This document shows, piece after piece, positions 9,534-19,062 of a stretch of 64,000 bases of DNA. This stretch comes from Bryobacterales bacterium (GTDB taxonomy: Bacteria > Acidobacteriota > Terriglobia > Bryobacterales > Bryobacteraceae). Numbering within the stretch: the first letter of the stretch is position 1; every line of letters begins with the position of its first letter. Made by a program: the position numbers and the translations under genes. The DNA is taken from the NCBI GenBank assembly GCA_963698105.1, contig CAVOPN010000015.1:154692-218691 (forward strand), read 5' to 3'. The notes beneath the pieces are model-generated. The model saw only the letters and a program-made list of their open reading frames with translations. It did not search any database and was not told the DNA's origin.

Positions 9534-10997
9534 ATGGCGGGTACAGCAAGTCAGAGTGCGCTTCCGGCTCCGTTTCAGGACTACGGACTGGATGACGCCT
9601 ACGACGAAATGGTCGCACCGGATGGTAACGCTCGTCCGCACTACGAGCATCTCTATCAGGCGCTCCGCGAGCTGCCCGCGAGCGAATTTCGCCGCCGCCA
9701 GCAAATCTCCGACCTCTCTTTCCTGCACCAGGGCATCACTTTTACAGTCTATGGACGCAAGGAAGGGACGGAGCGAATCTTTCCTAACGATCTGCTGCCG
9801 CGCATCATCACTAGCGAAGAGTGGTCTCGAATCGAGAAGGGTCTCACTCAGCGGATTACCGCGCTGAATCTGTTTCTGAAGGACCTGTATCACGAGGGAC
9901 GCATCCTCAAAGACGGCGTGGTGCCGCGCGAGCTGGTCTATAGTTGCAAACATTTTCGGCGTCAGATGAGAGGCTTGTATGTTCGCAAGGACGCGTACGT
10001 CACCGTCGCCGGAACCGATCTGATCCGCACTCCTTCCGGCGAATTCGTGGTGCTCGAAGATAATCTGCGCGTGCCGAGCGGCGTCAGTTACATGCTGGTC
10101 AGCCGCCAGGTGATGAAACGCATTTTCCCCGATTTGTTCCGCCAATGCGGCGTTCAGGGAATCGAACATTACAGCCAGGCCCTGCTCGCTACGCTACGCG
10201 CGCTCGCCCCGCTGGGATGTGCCGAGCCCACCATCGTGCTGCTCACCCCCGGCGTCTACAACTCGGCGTATTTTGAGCACGCGTTTCTCGCGCGGCAAAT
10301 GGGAATTGAGTTGGTTGAAGGGCGCGACCTCGTCGCTCACGACAATTTTATTTACATGCGGACCACCGAAGGTCTTCGCCGCGTCGACGTGATTTACCGC
10401 CGCATCGACGACGATTTTGTCGACCCTCTCGCGTTCCGTCCGGACTCATCCCTGGGCGCGCCCGGTTTGTTCAACGCGTATCGCGCGGGAAATGTCAGCC
10501 TCGCCAACGCATTGGGAACCGGCGTCGCGGACGATAAGGCGGTCTACGCTTATGTCCCTGCGATCATCAAGTATTATCTGCAAGAAGATCCGGTTTTGAA
10601 CAACGTCGACACGTTTCAGATGTCCGATGCAGCGGAGCGCCATCACGTGCTCGACCATCTCGAAAAATACGTGGTCAAGGCCGTCGGCGAATCGGGCGGC
10701 TACGGTATGTTGATCGGTCCGCAAAGCACCGCCGCGGAACGCGATGAATTTCGACGCCGCGTGGAGGCCGATCCTCGGAACTATATCGCCCAGCCCACCA
10801 TCATGCTGTCGCGCGCGCCCTGTATTATCGATGGCAAAGTGCAGCCCCGCCACGTCGATCTGCGCCCGTATATTTTGTTCGGCGAAAAGATCACCATCGT
10901 GCCCGGGGGGCTTACGCGCGTCGCGCTCAAGAAGGGATCGCTGGTCGTCAATTCGTCGCAGGGCGGCGGAAGTAAGGATACCTGGGTGCTCCACTGA
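9534..10997 (+). CDS. circularly permuted type-2 ATP-grasp protein (DUF404/CP_ATPgrasp family)
   Basis: N-terminus ...[19 protein letters not shown] and the overall length match this family. It is the first gene of the conserved ATP-grasp / Alpha-E / transglutaminase triad. The ATG at 9534 is preferred over the GTG at 9522. Confidence 0.8.
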   Translation: MAGTASQSALPAPFQDYGLDDAYDEMVAPDGNARPHYEHLYQALRELPASEFRRRQQISDLSFLHQGITFTVYGRKEGTERIFPNDLLPRIITSEEWSRIEKGLTQRITALNLFLKDLYHEGRILKDGVVPRELVYSCKHFRRQMRGLYVRKDAYVTVAGTDLIRTPSGEFVVLEDNLRVPSGVSYMLVSRQVMKRIFPDLFRQCGVQGIEHYSQALLATLRALAPLGCAEPTIVLLTPGVYNSAYFEHAFLARQMGIELVEGRDLVAHDNFIYMRTTEGLRRVDVIYRRIDDDFVDPLAFRPDSSLGAPGLFNAYRAGNVSLANALGTGVADDKAVYAYVPAIIKYYLQEDPVLNNVDTFQMSDAAERHHVLDHLEKYVVKAVGESGGYGMLIGPQSTAAERDEFRRRVEADPRNYIAQPTIMLSRAPCIIDGKVQPRHVDLRPYILFGEKITIVPGGLTRVALKKGSLVVNSSQGGGSKDTWVLH

Positions 10998-11944
10998 TGC
11001 TCTCCCGCGTCGCCGAAAGTTTGTATTGGATGAGCCGTTACCTGGAACGCGCGGAGCACACCGCGCGCGTCATCAAGGTCCAGTTGAACCTGATGCTGGA
11101 ACGCGAAACCGAGGACGACGACATGCACTGGAGGCGCATGTTGAAGTCGCTCGCCGTGGAACTCAACGAGGTGCCCGAGGGCGAGGCTCAAACCCTCGCG
11201 AAGTCCCTGATCTACTCGACAGACAGCCGTTCTTCGATCGTCTCCTGCGTCATGGCCGCGCGCGAAAATTCGCGCCAGGTGCGCGAGCAGATCAGCTCTG
11301 AAATGTGGGAGCAGTTGAATCGCATGTTTCACGCGGTGACGCGTAAGGACGCGGAAGAAGCGTCGGATGTCAACGATTTCCTACAGGCCATCAAAGACGG
11401 CGCGCATCTTTTTCAGGGCATCACGGATTCGAATATGACCCACGGGGAAGGTTGGCAGTTCATTCAAGCCGGCCGCTCGCTCGAACGCGCCTCCGCGCTC
11501 GCGACGCTGCTGGGTGTGCATTTCCGTGAGTTTTATGGCAAGGATGCGGAGCCGGAGCCCCTCGAATGGATCGGCCTGCTGCGATCCTGCACCGCGTTCG
11601 AGTCGTATTGCAAAGCCTACACGGCAGATCTGCGCCCGAAGCGCATCGCCGAATTCCTGGTGCTGAATGCGACCTTTCCGCACTCGATCCGCTTTTCCGC
11701 GGACGCGCTTGAGACCGCCATGAAACAGATCGGCGCCGAAGTCTCCAGCCGTCGATCGGCGCGCATCGAACGCATTGCCGGAAGAATGCAAGCCACGCTA
11801 GCCTTCGGGCAGATCGACGAGATCATGACCGGCGGGTTACACGCTTACCTCGAAACGGTGCTGCGCCAATGCTCGCAAGCTCACAGCGCACTTTACCAGA
11901 CCTATATAACTTATCCCATCGAGGCAGCGCTGCAGGCATCTTAA
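10997..11944 (+). CDS. Alpha-E domain protein (DUF403)
   Basis: Starts [25 protein letters not shown], the signature start of Alpha-E proteins. TGATG overlap with the upstream ATP-grasp gene. Confidence 0.85.
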   Translation: MLSRVAESLYWMSRYLERAEHTARVIKVQLNLMLERETEDDDMHWRRMLKSLAVELNEVPEGEAQTLAKSLIYSTDSRSSIVSCVMAARENSRQVREQISSEMWEQLNRMFHAVTRKDAEEASDVNDFLQAIKDGAHLFQGITDSNMTHGEGWQFIQAGRSLERASALATLLGVHFREFYGKDAEPEPLEWIGLLRSCTAFESYCKAYTADLRPKRIAEFLVLNATFPHSIRFSADALETAMKQIGAEVSSRRSARIERIAGRMQATLAFGQIDEIMTGGLHAYLETVLRQCSQAHSALYQTYITYPIEAALQAS

Positions 11945-12004
11945 TATGTTGATCCTTTGCGCACTCAACTGGCACAGGCTTCAGCCTGTGATCATTCCCT
12001 GAAT

Positions 12005-12958
12005 ATGTTCTACGCCATCCGCCATCTCACTCAATTCCGCTACGATTCCGCGGTCAGCGAAAGCCTGATGGAAGCGCGCATGCATCCCCGCACGGAGGGC
12101 ACGCAGCGCTGTCTTTCCTTCCAGCTCTCGGTCGATCCGCGGGCGATGGTTTATCAGTATCGCGATTATCTGGGCAATAGCGTGCATCACTTCGATGTTC
12201 CGGGGAAGCATATTCAACTGCGCATCGTGGCCGAAGCGCTGGTCGAAGTGCAGGCCGCGCCGGACCTCCCTAAGCGCCTCGGCGCCGATGCGTGGACCCA
12301 ACTCGATGCGCTCATCGCAAGCGGCGATTACTGGGAAATGCTGATGCCCAGCCAGTTCGCCGAGCCCACGCCCGCGCTGCTCGAGCTGAGCGCGGAACTC
12401 GGCGTCTACCGGCACGAGGATCCGCTGATGTTTCTGCGCGAGTTGAATGAGAGCATCTTTAGCTGGTTCGATTACGTGCCCAAGGCGACGCATGTCGATT
12501 CGCCGATTGACCATGCCATTGAGGCCCGCCGCGGCGTGTGTCAGGATTTCGCGCATATCATGACCGCGCTGATTCGCCACGTGAAAATTCCGTGCCGCTA
12601 TGTCAGCGGTTATCTCTATCCTCACGCGCTGCGTCCGGACCGGTCCTCGGAAGGCGCGACGCACGCCTGGGTGGAGGCTCTGCTGCCCGGCCTGGGCTGG
12701 GTTGGCTTCGATCCCACCAATAATCTGCTGGCGGGCGAGCGCCACATTCGAACCGCCATCGGCCGCGATTACGCCGACGTTCCTCCGACTCGCGGCGTTT
12801 TCAAGGGCAAAGCCTCGAGCGAGCTGACGGTGTCGGTTCGCGTCGCCCCGTCCGACGCGCCGCCTCCGCCCGATGCCGAAATGAGCGCGCCGCCGCTTTG
12901 GGAGCCGGCCCCCGAAATCGAACAAATCGACATCCAGGAACAACAGCAGCAACAGTAG
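12005..12958 (+). CDS. transglutaminase-family protein (Bact_transglu_N plus transglutaminase core)
   Basis: Start MFYAIRHLTQFRYDSAVSES. Catalytic Cys context RGVCQDFAH, then His (THAWVE) and Asp (GFDPTN). Confidence 0.85.
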   Translation: MFYAIRHLTQFRYDSAVSESLMEARMHPRTEGTQRCLSFQLSVDPRAMVYQYRDYLGNSVHHFDVPGKHIQLRIVAEALVEVQAAPDLPKRLGADAWTQLDALIASGDYWEMLMPSQFAEPTPALLELSAELGVYRHEDPLMFLRELNESIFSWFDYVPKATHVDSPIDHAIEARRGVCQDFAHIMTALIRHVKIPCRYVSGYLYPHALRPDRSSEGATHAWVEALLPGLGWVGFDPTNNLLAGERHIRTAIGRDYADVPPTRGVFKGKASSELTVSVRVAPSDAPPPPDAEMSAPPLWEPAPEIEQIDIQEQQQQQ

Positions 12959-12967
12959 ACTGGAATC

Positions 12968-14347
12968 ATGACTGCCAGGCCGCCTTTCCGTAAAGGACTC
13001 CCGATTCTGGGCATGCTGCCGCAATTCCGCCGCAATCCGCCCCAGTTTCTTCAGAATCTCGCACGCGACCATGGCGACCTGGTGCATTATCGTTTGGGCC
13101 ATCAGGACATTTACCTGGTCAGCAACCCGGATTGGATCAAGGACATCCTGGTCACTCATCAAACCAACTTTACGAAGAGCCGTTTCCTCGAACGCGCGAA
13201 GGTCCTGCTGGGCGAAGGCTTGCTTACCAGCGAAGGTGAATTTCATCGCCGCCAGCGCCGCCTGGTGCAGCCCGCGTTCCATCGCGATCGCCTGGCTGGC
13301 TATGCCTCCGCGATGGTCGAGTGCACCGCGCGAACTCGCCAACAGTGGACCGATGGCGCCCAGCTCGACATGTCCCGGGAGATGATGCGGCTCACTCTCG
13401 CGGTGGTGGCGAAAACGTTATTCAGCGCCGATGTCACCAGCGAAGCCGATAACATCGGCGGCGCTCTCACCGAGGTGATGGGGCTGTTCGACATGGTGAT
13501 GATGCCCTTTTCCGAATGGATCGAAAAGCTCCGTCTGCCTTCGGTGCGGCGCTTCGAAAGGGCGCGTGATTTTCTCGACCAGACGATTTACAAGATCATC
13601 GCCGAGCGCCGTGCCGGCACGGAAGACAAAGGCGACCTGCTCTCGATGCTGCTGCTCACGCAGGACGAGGATGGCTCAGCCGGAATGTCCGACAAGCAAA
13701 TTCGCGACGAAGCGCTCACTCTGTTTCTCGCCGGACATGAGACTACCGCCAACGCGCTGATGTGGACGTGGTATCTGCTGTCGCAAAATCCTGAGGCCTC
13801 CACAAAATTCTACGAGGAGATCGATCGAGTCCTCGCGGGCCGACTGCCGGCGTTCGACGATCTTTCAAAACTGAAATATACGGAGGGAGTGTTCGCCGAG
13901 GCCCTGCGCCTGTATCCTCCTGCGTGGGTCATCGGCCGCCGAACCAAGGCCGATTATTCGATGGGCACGTTCACAGTTCCCGCGCGGTCCATACTCACGC
14001 TAAGCCCTTACGTCGTCCACCGCGACCCGCGCTGGTTCCGCGAACCGGATCGATTCCAACCGGAGCGCTGGTCTCTTCCCGACGATCGCCCAAAGTTTTC
14101 CTACATCCCCTTTGGTGGAGGCACGCGCGTTTGCATCGGCGAACGATTCGCATGGATGGAAGGGGTCCTGCTGCTGGCGACGGTTGCGCAAAAATGGCGC
14201 TTCAAACTCGCGCCGGGACATCCGGTCGAAACCGCGGCCTTGATCACTCTACGCGCGAAACACGGGATGAAGATGATCGCGGAACAGCGCTCTCAGAACG
14301 TGACGTTGCCGTCCTCGTCCACGCAATCTCACCCAATCCCAGTGTGA
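12968..14347 (+). CDS. cytochrome P450
   Basis: Heme-binding loop [15 protein letters not shown]-helix AGHETT, and EALRLYPP (ExxR/K-helix region). Starts 9 nt after the transglutaminase gene. Confidence 0.9.
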   Translation: MTARPPFRKGLPILGMLPQFRRNPPQFLQNLARDHGDLVHYRLGHQDIYLVSNPDWIKDILVTHQTNFTKSRFLERAKVLLGEGLLTSEGEFHRRQRRLVQPAFHRDRLAGYASAMVECTARTRQQWTDGAQLDMSREMMRLTLAVVAKTLFSADVTSEADNIGGALTEVMGLFDMVMMPFSEWIEKLRLPSVRRFERARDFLDQTIYKIIAERRAGTEDKGDLLSMLLLTQDEDGSAGMSDKQIRDEALTLFLAGHETTANALMWTWYLLSQNPEASTKFYEEIDRVLAGRLPAFDDLSKLKYTEGVFAEALRLYPPAWVIGRRTKADYSMGTFTVPARSILTLSPYVVHRDPRWFREPDRFQPERWSLPDDRPKFSYIPFGGGTRVCIGERFAWMEGVLLLATVAQKWRFKLAPGHPVETAALITLRAKHGMKMIAEQRSQNVTLPSSSTQSHPIPV

Positions 14348-15329
14348 GCACGGCCGGGTCCGCCGCGTCGTCGAAGATTAGCGCGACCCCTACGGCATCA
14401 GCGCGCCGCCTCCACCATTCGAATCCTGCAAACAGAAGCGCGACGATCAAATAGAACGGTATGAGCCGCCGCGGCCGCTTCACCATCCACGATTCCAGAT
14501 TCGCCATCGAGAACGCATAGAGCAAAAACGCGACCCAGTACCCAATCCACAACAGCGTCACGTTCGCTTTCCCCGGCGGATAGGAGCACGTAAAGGGAAT
14601 CTTGCGCAGCTCCATGGTCAGCACTTCAATCAATAAAACCGAAATTGTAATGCTGAAAATCAGGTTCGCCAGCGCCACCGCGGGCGTCCACCACACGAAA
14701 TAAAATGGCGACAACACCAGGAATAAAGGAAGCACGCCGAACCACCGCATCGACGTTCGTGTCCCATTCAACGCGGGCCTTTGCCGATCGGTATCGCATA
14801 CCCGAAACTGCCAGTTGGCCGGCAGCTCCGAAGGAATTGTGAAAATAAACCTCATTCCGCTCAGCAGAAAAAATCCCACAACGAGTGGCAACGATAGCCA
14901 GGCATCTTTATTCTTAACTGCCGGCATCACCTGAGCTGCGAGTGCGAATCCCACGCCTGCATACGCCGCCAGAAAAATGCGATGCTTCGAACTCCGGGCC
15001 ATGGTCTTGCCGATGAAGCCGACGGTCCCTCGCTCCACCGGATCGGGAACAAAATAATCCGCGATGGCCCCGATGCGTTCATGCATCGCCGTGCGGGTAG
15101 AATCGCCGCCCTCGGTCGATTCCAAAGTCCTGCGCACATGCCTGCGGTAGGAGACCGTGTACGATAATCCAGCCACTAATGTGACCAGCCCCAATGCCAG
15201 CTCCGCCCGATGCGCCAATGCTAAAAACACGGCATCGCGCGACCCGGTGATCACTTCATTCATCCCCAGGAACCAGGCAGGCGGAAACGCGTAGAGCACC
15301 CAGGAATTCTGGGCTTTCAACTGCGCCAC
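14244..15329 (-). CDS. polytopic membrane protein, probably the C-terminal part of a frameshifted ABC-associated permease
   Basis: Multi-TM ORF. Its reading frame stays open and hydrophobic ([14 protein letters not shown]) upstream of the nominal GTG. Overlaps the next ORF by 74 nt. Confidence 0.5.
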   Translation of the reverse strand: MAQLKAQNSWVLYAFPPAWFLGMNEVITGSRDAVFLALAHRAELALGLVTLVAGLSYTVSYRRHVRRTLESTEGGDSTRTAMHERIGAIADYFVPDPVERGTVGFIGKTMARSSKHRIFLAAYAGVGFALAAQVMPAVKNKDAWLSLPLVVGFFLLSGMRFIFTIPSELPANWQFRVCDTDRQRPALNGTRTSMRWFGVLPLFLVLSPFYFVWWTPAVALANLIFSITISVLLIEVLTMELRKIPFTCSYPPGKANVTLLWIGYWVAFLLYAFSMANLESWMVKRPRRLIPFYLIVALLFAGFEWWRRRADAVGVALIFDDAADPAVLTLGLGEIAWTRTATSRSESAVPRSSSSRVSRVE

Positions 15330-15987
15330 CGACGCCGCGATGTTGGGGAAAAGGAAGAACAGCCATAAGCAGCACGAACACCATCCCGCCTTGGACGTAC
15401 GCCGACAATTTGCGGAACCAGCGCACGCTCAAAACATTCAGCAGCACTCCTTCGAGCGCCACCAGGAACAGGAATGCAAACGCGCTCGACGCCAGAATCG
15501 AGGTCCCATGCGCCGCCATCGTAAGGATCAATCCCTGCCATACGCCACGATAAGATACCGCTGGAAATGTCACCGTCGAGACCAGATTCACCGACGCAGT
15601 GAAGGCGATCAGAAACAGCGCCAGGGCACCCACTTTGCCCATAAATATGGTCCGCGAATGGATCGGCAAAGGCATCAAGGTAGCGTAGTCGCGCCGGTCG
15701 GGAAAGAGAGCGTCCCATTCAAGGACGGTAACCGCGCCCATCACCAGCATGGAGAAAGAGAGATAAAGGCATCGGTCAGACCACAACATCGGATAGCGCA
15801 TCTCGCGGGGGAATGCGTCGAGGCCGAGGTACGTCGTGTAGCGCAAAAAGGGCAAGATGATTCCGGGCGAAGCCAGGACCGCCAGCATCTTTGTCACCGT
15901 GACTTGAATCTCGGTATTCTTGGCGACAAATTCGTTGTCGAAGAATCTCCCGAAGAAGTGCCGGATTAGTGCGCCCAGTTGATTCAC
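15256..15987 (-). CDS. polytopic membrane protein, probably the N-terminal part of the same permease
   Basis: 4-nt overlap with the ABC ATPase gene. Hydrophobic until about 15370, then a non-membrane-like tail ([17 protein letters not shown]...). Confidence 0.55.
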   Translation of the reverse strand: MNQLGALIRHFFGRFFDNEFVAKNTEIQVTVTKMLAVLASPGIILPFLRYTTYLGLDAFPREMRYPMLWSDRCLYLSFSMLVMGAVTVLEWDALFPDRRDYATLMPLPIHSRTIFMGKVGALALFLIAFTASVNLVSTVTFPAVSYRGVWQGLILTMAAHGTSILASSAFAFLFLVALEGVLLNVLSVRWFRKLSAYVQGGMVFVLLMAVLPFPQHRGVGGAVESPEFLGALRVSACLVPGDE

Positions 15988-16751
15988 GCGCTCTTCATGA
16001 CCTCCACAATTGAGTTCGCGGTGGTCTCTGTGTCCTGCTCCAGCACCAGCTCGGAAAAAATATCTTCGAGCGAAGGGAGCTGCATGAGGTTCCGCAAAGC
16101 CTCCACGGTATCATTGGCCGCGATGCGTCCCTTGCGCAGAATCATCACGTGCGTGCAAACTTTCTCGACCACTTCCAGCACGTGGGAGCTATATAAAATG
16201 ATCTTCCCCTCGCGCGCCAGCGACTTTACCAGGTCGCGAAACACCAGGCCAGTGGTTACATCGAGGCCGGAGAGAGGCTCGTCGAACACGAGGATGTCGG
16301 GATTATGCAGCAGGGCCGACGAGATCAGCACCTTTTGACGCATCCCTTTCGAATAGGATCCAATCGGGGAATGGCGCGCGGGTCCCAGCGAGAAGAGCTG
16401 CAATAAGTCGTCGATCTTGCGGTCCAGCGACTTCTTGGGAAGCGCGCGCAGCCGGCCCACCAGCTGCAAATACTCGCGTCCGGTCAAGTGCGGATAGAGA
16501 TGCGCCTGTTCCGGAACATAACCCAGCCGCCGCTTATATTCGATCAACTGCGATTGAATGCTGCGCCCTTCAAACAGCACCTCGCCGCGAGTGGGCTCGA
16601 GCAGGCCGGTAATGATGTTGACGGTGGTGCTTTTGCCGGACCCGTTCGGGCCCAGATATCCGAGCACCTCATAAGGCTTGACGGAAAAACTAACGTCGTC
16701 AACCGCCGTCGTCGTGGTGTAGCGCTTGGTCAAGGCGCGAGCTTCGAGCAT
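15984..16751 (-). CDS. ABC transporter ATP-binding protein
   Basis: Walker A GPNGSGKST, signature YSKGMRQKV, Walker B ILVFDEPLSGLD, and an H-loop SSH. Confidence 0.9.
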   Translation of the reverse strand: MLEARALTKRYTTTTAVDDVSFSVKPYEVLGYLGPNGSGKSTTVNIITGLLEPTRGEVLFEGRSIQSQLIEYKRRLGYVPEQAHLYPHLTGREYLQLVGRLRALPKKSLDRKIDDLLQLFSLGPARHSPIGSYSKGMRQKVLISSALLHNPDILVFDEPLSGLDVTTGLVFRDLVKSLAREGKIILYSSHVLEVVEKVCTHVMILRKGRIAANDTVEALRNLMQLPSLEDIFSELVLEQDTETTANSIVEVMKSA

Positions 16752-17053
16752 GGCGTATAGACTCCGGTGACTGGGAGTTTGTTCCCCGAGGGTCCCGGCG
16801 ATAGATTCGCGTCAGAATAACGCCACAGCGGGATTGTGAGGCTTATACTCGGCATCTCGCACATAGTATGCGGGGCGGTGGCGTTGGGGGAAATGGGTGA
16901 AAGTGGTATGTGGGTGAGGGACGGGGATTTATAGAGGAAATTGGGGAGCGATTCTACTGTTTCAATGGAAGCCCGCGCCCACGGGCGCTCTTTGTGGCTT
17001 AATTTTCATGTCGCTTTGGCCGGCGTCAGTGTTCCAATGCCGTTTGTTCAGCT

Positions 17054-17266
17054 TCACGCGAAGATCAGACGGCGGCCTTTGGGTTTTGGAACCGGGTCGC
17101 CAAACTCATTCGCAGTGTCGATCCAAAGACGAATGGCTTCCTGCGCACTTGCGAGGGCCGCTTGCTGCGTGGGGCCGTGGGCAGAGCAGCCCGGGAGTTC
17201 GGGCGCTTCAGCGATGAAGGTCTGATCTTCGTCGCTCCAGTAGATGATAACTTCGTATTTGTTCAT
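17054..17266 (-). CDS. hicB: HicB-family antitoxin
   Basis: MNKYEVIIYWSDEDQTFIAEAPELPGCSAHGPTQQAALASAQEAI, a typical HicB_lk_antitox fold. 4-nt overlap with the upstream hicA. Confidence 0.85.
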   Translation of the reverse strand: MNKYEVIIYWSDEDQTFIAEAPELPGCSAHGPTQQAALASAQEAIRLWIDTANEFGDPVPKPKGRRLIFA

Positions 17267-17514
17267 TCGACATCCACAAGTTTATACCGCAGAAGAACCG
17301 TTCGCACCTGCTTCACTTGGTATGGCTTTGCTTGATTGCCATCCCGTTGCAAGTTGATTTGTTCTTCTACTCCTGCCTTTCGAAAGAGGTGATGGCTGCC
17401 TTTTATCCGTTTCTCAAAACGCAGGCTTTCGAGCAAGCCGCACAGATCGTCAAACCGAATGTTCGCATCGGCCTGTGTGCTGAGTACCTGACGCAGTGTC
17501 TTCGATATGCCCAA
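17263..17514 (-). CDS. hicA: HicA-family mRNA interferase toxin
   Basis: 83 aa with the KGSHHLF motif and a ...AKPYQVKQV tail, located immediately upstream of hicB. Confidence 0.8.
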   Translation of the reverse strand: MGISKTLRQVLSTQADANIRFDDLCGLLESLRFEKRIKGSHHLFRKAGVEEQINLQRDGNQAKPYQVKQVRTVLLRYKLVDVE

Positions 17515-17563
17515 TGCTCAGCGACGATAACACAATCCGAGTGGGACTGCGCCGGGCTGCCAC

Positions 17564-18508
17564 CTACTTCTCAATCCTGACCAACCCAACCAACTCTAGC
17601 GGGTAATTCCTCTGCCTCCACGCTTCGAAGCCGCCTTCCAGGGGACGGACGCGGGTTATCCCGAACCTTTTGAGTTGCAGCGCCGCACGGGCGCTGGTGG
17701 CTTCGTTTGGTCAAGTGCAGTAGAGGATGATATCTCGATCGCGGGGGATTTCCAGATGTCTTTCCTCCAGCTCCTTGCGGTCGAACCATAGTGCGCCGGG
17801 GATCTTCGCGCCGTCGTTTGCGAACTCTTCGGCGGTGCGCAGGTCGAGAATGAACACATCCTTGAGCTGAGACTTTAACTCTTCAGGCTTGATGCGGGCT
17901 ATGCGCAGGCTTCTGATAAATCTGCGGCGCTGATAGTATTTCCAGAGGATCCACAGGGTCATCGCGCCGCCCAAAACTGCGAATAAGCCTCCGCCGAGGC
18001 GCGCCGCGTAGGCGGCTACGTCTTCCAGTTGCGTGCGGAAGACGTGGCCTAAACAGAGAAACGCGCCGGCCCACAGGAAACCGCCGAGCCCGTCCGCGCC
18101 CAGGAATTTCCACCACTTCATTTTGGATAATCCGGCCATCGGGGGCGCCACGGTGCTCAACCCGGGCACGAATTTCGCGATCACCAGCGCCCATCCGCCG
18201 AGCCTCTTGAACCAGTAACGTGTGGAGGAAACGCAGGAATCCGGTTCGAGCGAGATGCGGCACAGCAGTTTGAGAACGGACGATCCCTTGACGCGTCCGA
18301 GGCCATACCAGGCGCCGTCGGCGGCCATCGACGCGGCGATCGATAGAGATAACGCGCCGGCCCAGGAATATTTTCCGGTACCGATCAGAGCGCCCATCGC
18401 GAGCAATACCGGCATTGCGGGGATCGGCGCGCCGAGCTGCTCCGCCAATACCATCGCGAATAGCACCGGGTAGCCGTGCCGGAGCAGAAACTCCATCGGG
18501 TGATGCAT
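17564..18508 (-). CDS. DedA (SNARE-associated) membrane domain fused to a rhodanese domain; in-frame TGA at 17713-17711 (candidate selenocysteine codon, or a nonsense mutation)
   Basis: The ORF track ends at ...RDIILYCT-TGA. The same frame continues PNEATSARAALQLKRFGITRVRPLEGGFEAWRQRNYPLE... to a TAG at 17566-17564, which completes the rhodanese fold. Confidence 0.55.
17678..17696 (-). promoter_or_regulatory. SECIS-like hairpin: 7-bp stem CAGCGCC/GGCGCUG with loop CGUGC, starting 14 nt 3' of the in-frame UGA
   Basis: Perfect inverted repeat read directly from the sequence. The UGA-to-loop distance is 21 nt and the second loop position is G. Confidence 0.35.
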
Positions 18509-18516
18509 CTTAAAAG

Positions 18517-19047
18517 TTAAGCCGAGCGGGTGAGTTCGGTATCGATGGTGATGTGCACTTCGTCGCTGATGGCTACGCCGCCCGCTTCGAGGACCATGTT
18601 AAAGACGAGGCCGAAATCGCTGCGCAGGATGGTGGCTTTGGCCGACGCGCCGCGGCGGAAAAGGCCCATCGGATCCTTAATTTCCGGGGTCACATCCTCT
18701 ACATCGAGGTCGATGGTTTTGGTCACGCCGTGCAGCGTCAAATCGCCTACCACCTCATAGCTGTCATCGCCCGATTTTACAACTTCCTTCGAGACAAAGG
18801 TCATGGTCGGAAATTTCTCGACATCGAAGAAATCGGCGCTCTTCAGATGCGCGTCGCGCTGCGGCTCGCGCGTGCTGATGCTGTTCACGTCGACGGTCAC
18901 ATTGATGCTCGATGCCGAGGGATTTGCGTCGTCCAGCACGACGGTGCCGGACACTTTATCGAAATCTCCTTTCACATTGGAAACCATCAGATGGCGGACC
19001 TTGAATTGGGCATGGGTATGCGCGGGATCGATTTGGTAGTTAGGCAT
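18517..19047 (-). CDS. YceI-family (polyisoprenoid-binding) protein
   Basis: IDPAHTHAQFKVRHLMVSNVKGDFDKVSGTV and LTLHGVTK, typical YceI lipocalin-like motifs. Confidence 0.85.
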   Translation of the reverse strand: MPNYQIDPAHTHAQFKVRHLMVSNVKGDFDKVSGTVVLDDANPSASSINVTVDVNSISTREPQRDAHLKSADFFDVEKFPTMTFVSKEVVKSGDDSYEVVGDLTLHGVTKTIDLDVEDVTPEIKDPMGLFRRGASAKATILRSDFGLVFNMVLEAGGVAISDEVHITIDTELTRSA

Positions 19048-19062
19048 AACACATAGATGAAG

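Noticed and set aside
11965-11990. TGGCAC motifs (also at about 30518 and 33464), examined as possible sigma-54 promoters for the NtrC-family regulator.
   Set aside because: None is followed by TTGC at the required 5-nt spacing, and none is suitably placed upstream of a gene start.
12935-12958. CAG/CAA run encoding a poly-Gln tail (EQQQQQ) at the end of the transglutaminase gene, considered as a slipped-strand contingency repeat.
   Set aside because: It is only six codons with mixed codons, too short and impure to support phase variation.
11981-13342. 453-aa minus-strand ORF, together with many similar long ORFs (for example 202-1227 +, 1318-2187 +, 33451-34359 -, 36819-38117 -, 41964-43043 -, 48598-49728 +, 52961-54157 +, 21370-22296 -).
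   Set aside because: They lie antisense or out of frame to genes with clear motifs and have Arg/Ala/Gly/Pro-rich composition typical of shadow ORFs in high-GC DNA. They contain no recognisable domains.
16752-17053. The 300-nt untranslated region upstream of the ABC operon, inspected for a riboswitch or small RNA.
   Set aside because: It has only a short GCGCCC-N3-GGGCGC hairpin (about 16972-16988). I recognised no conserved riboswitch core sequence, so the evidence is insufficient to call a feature.
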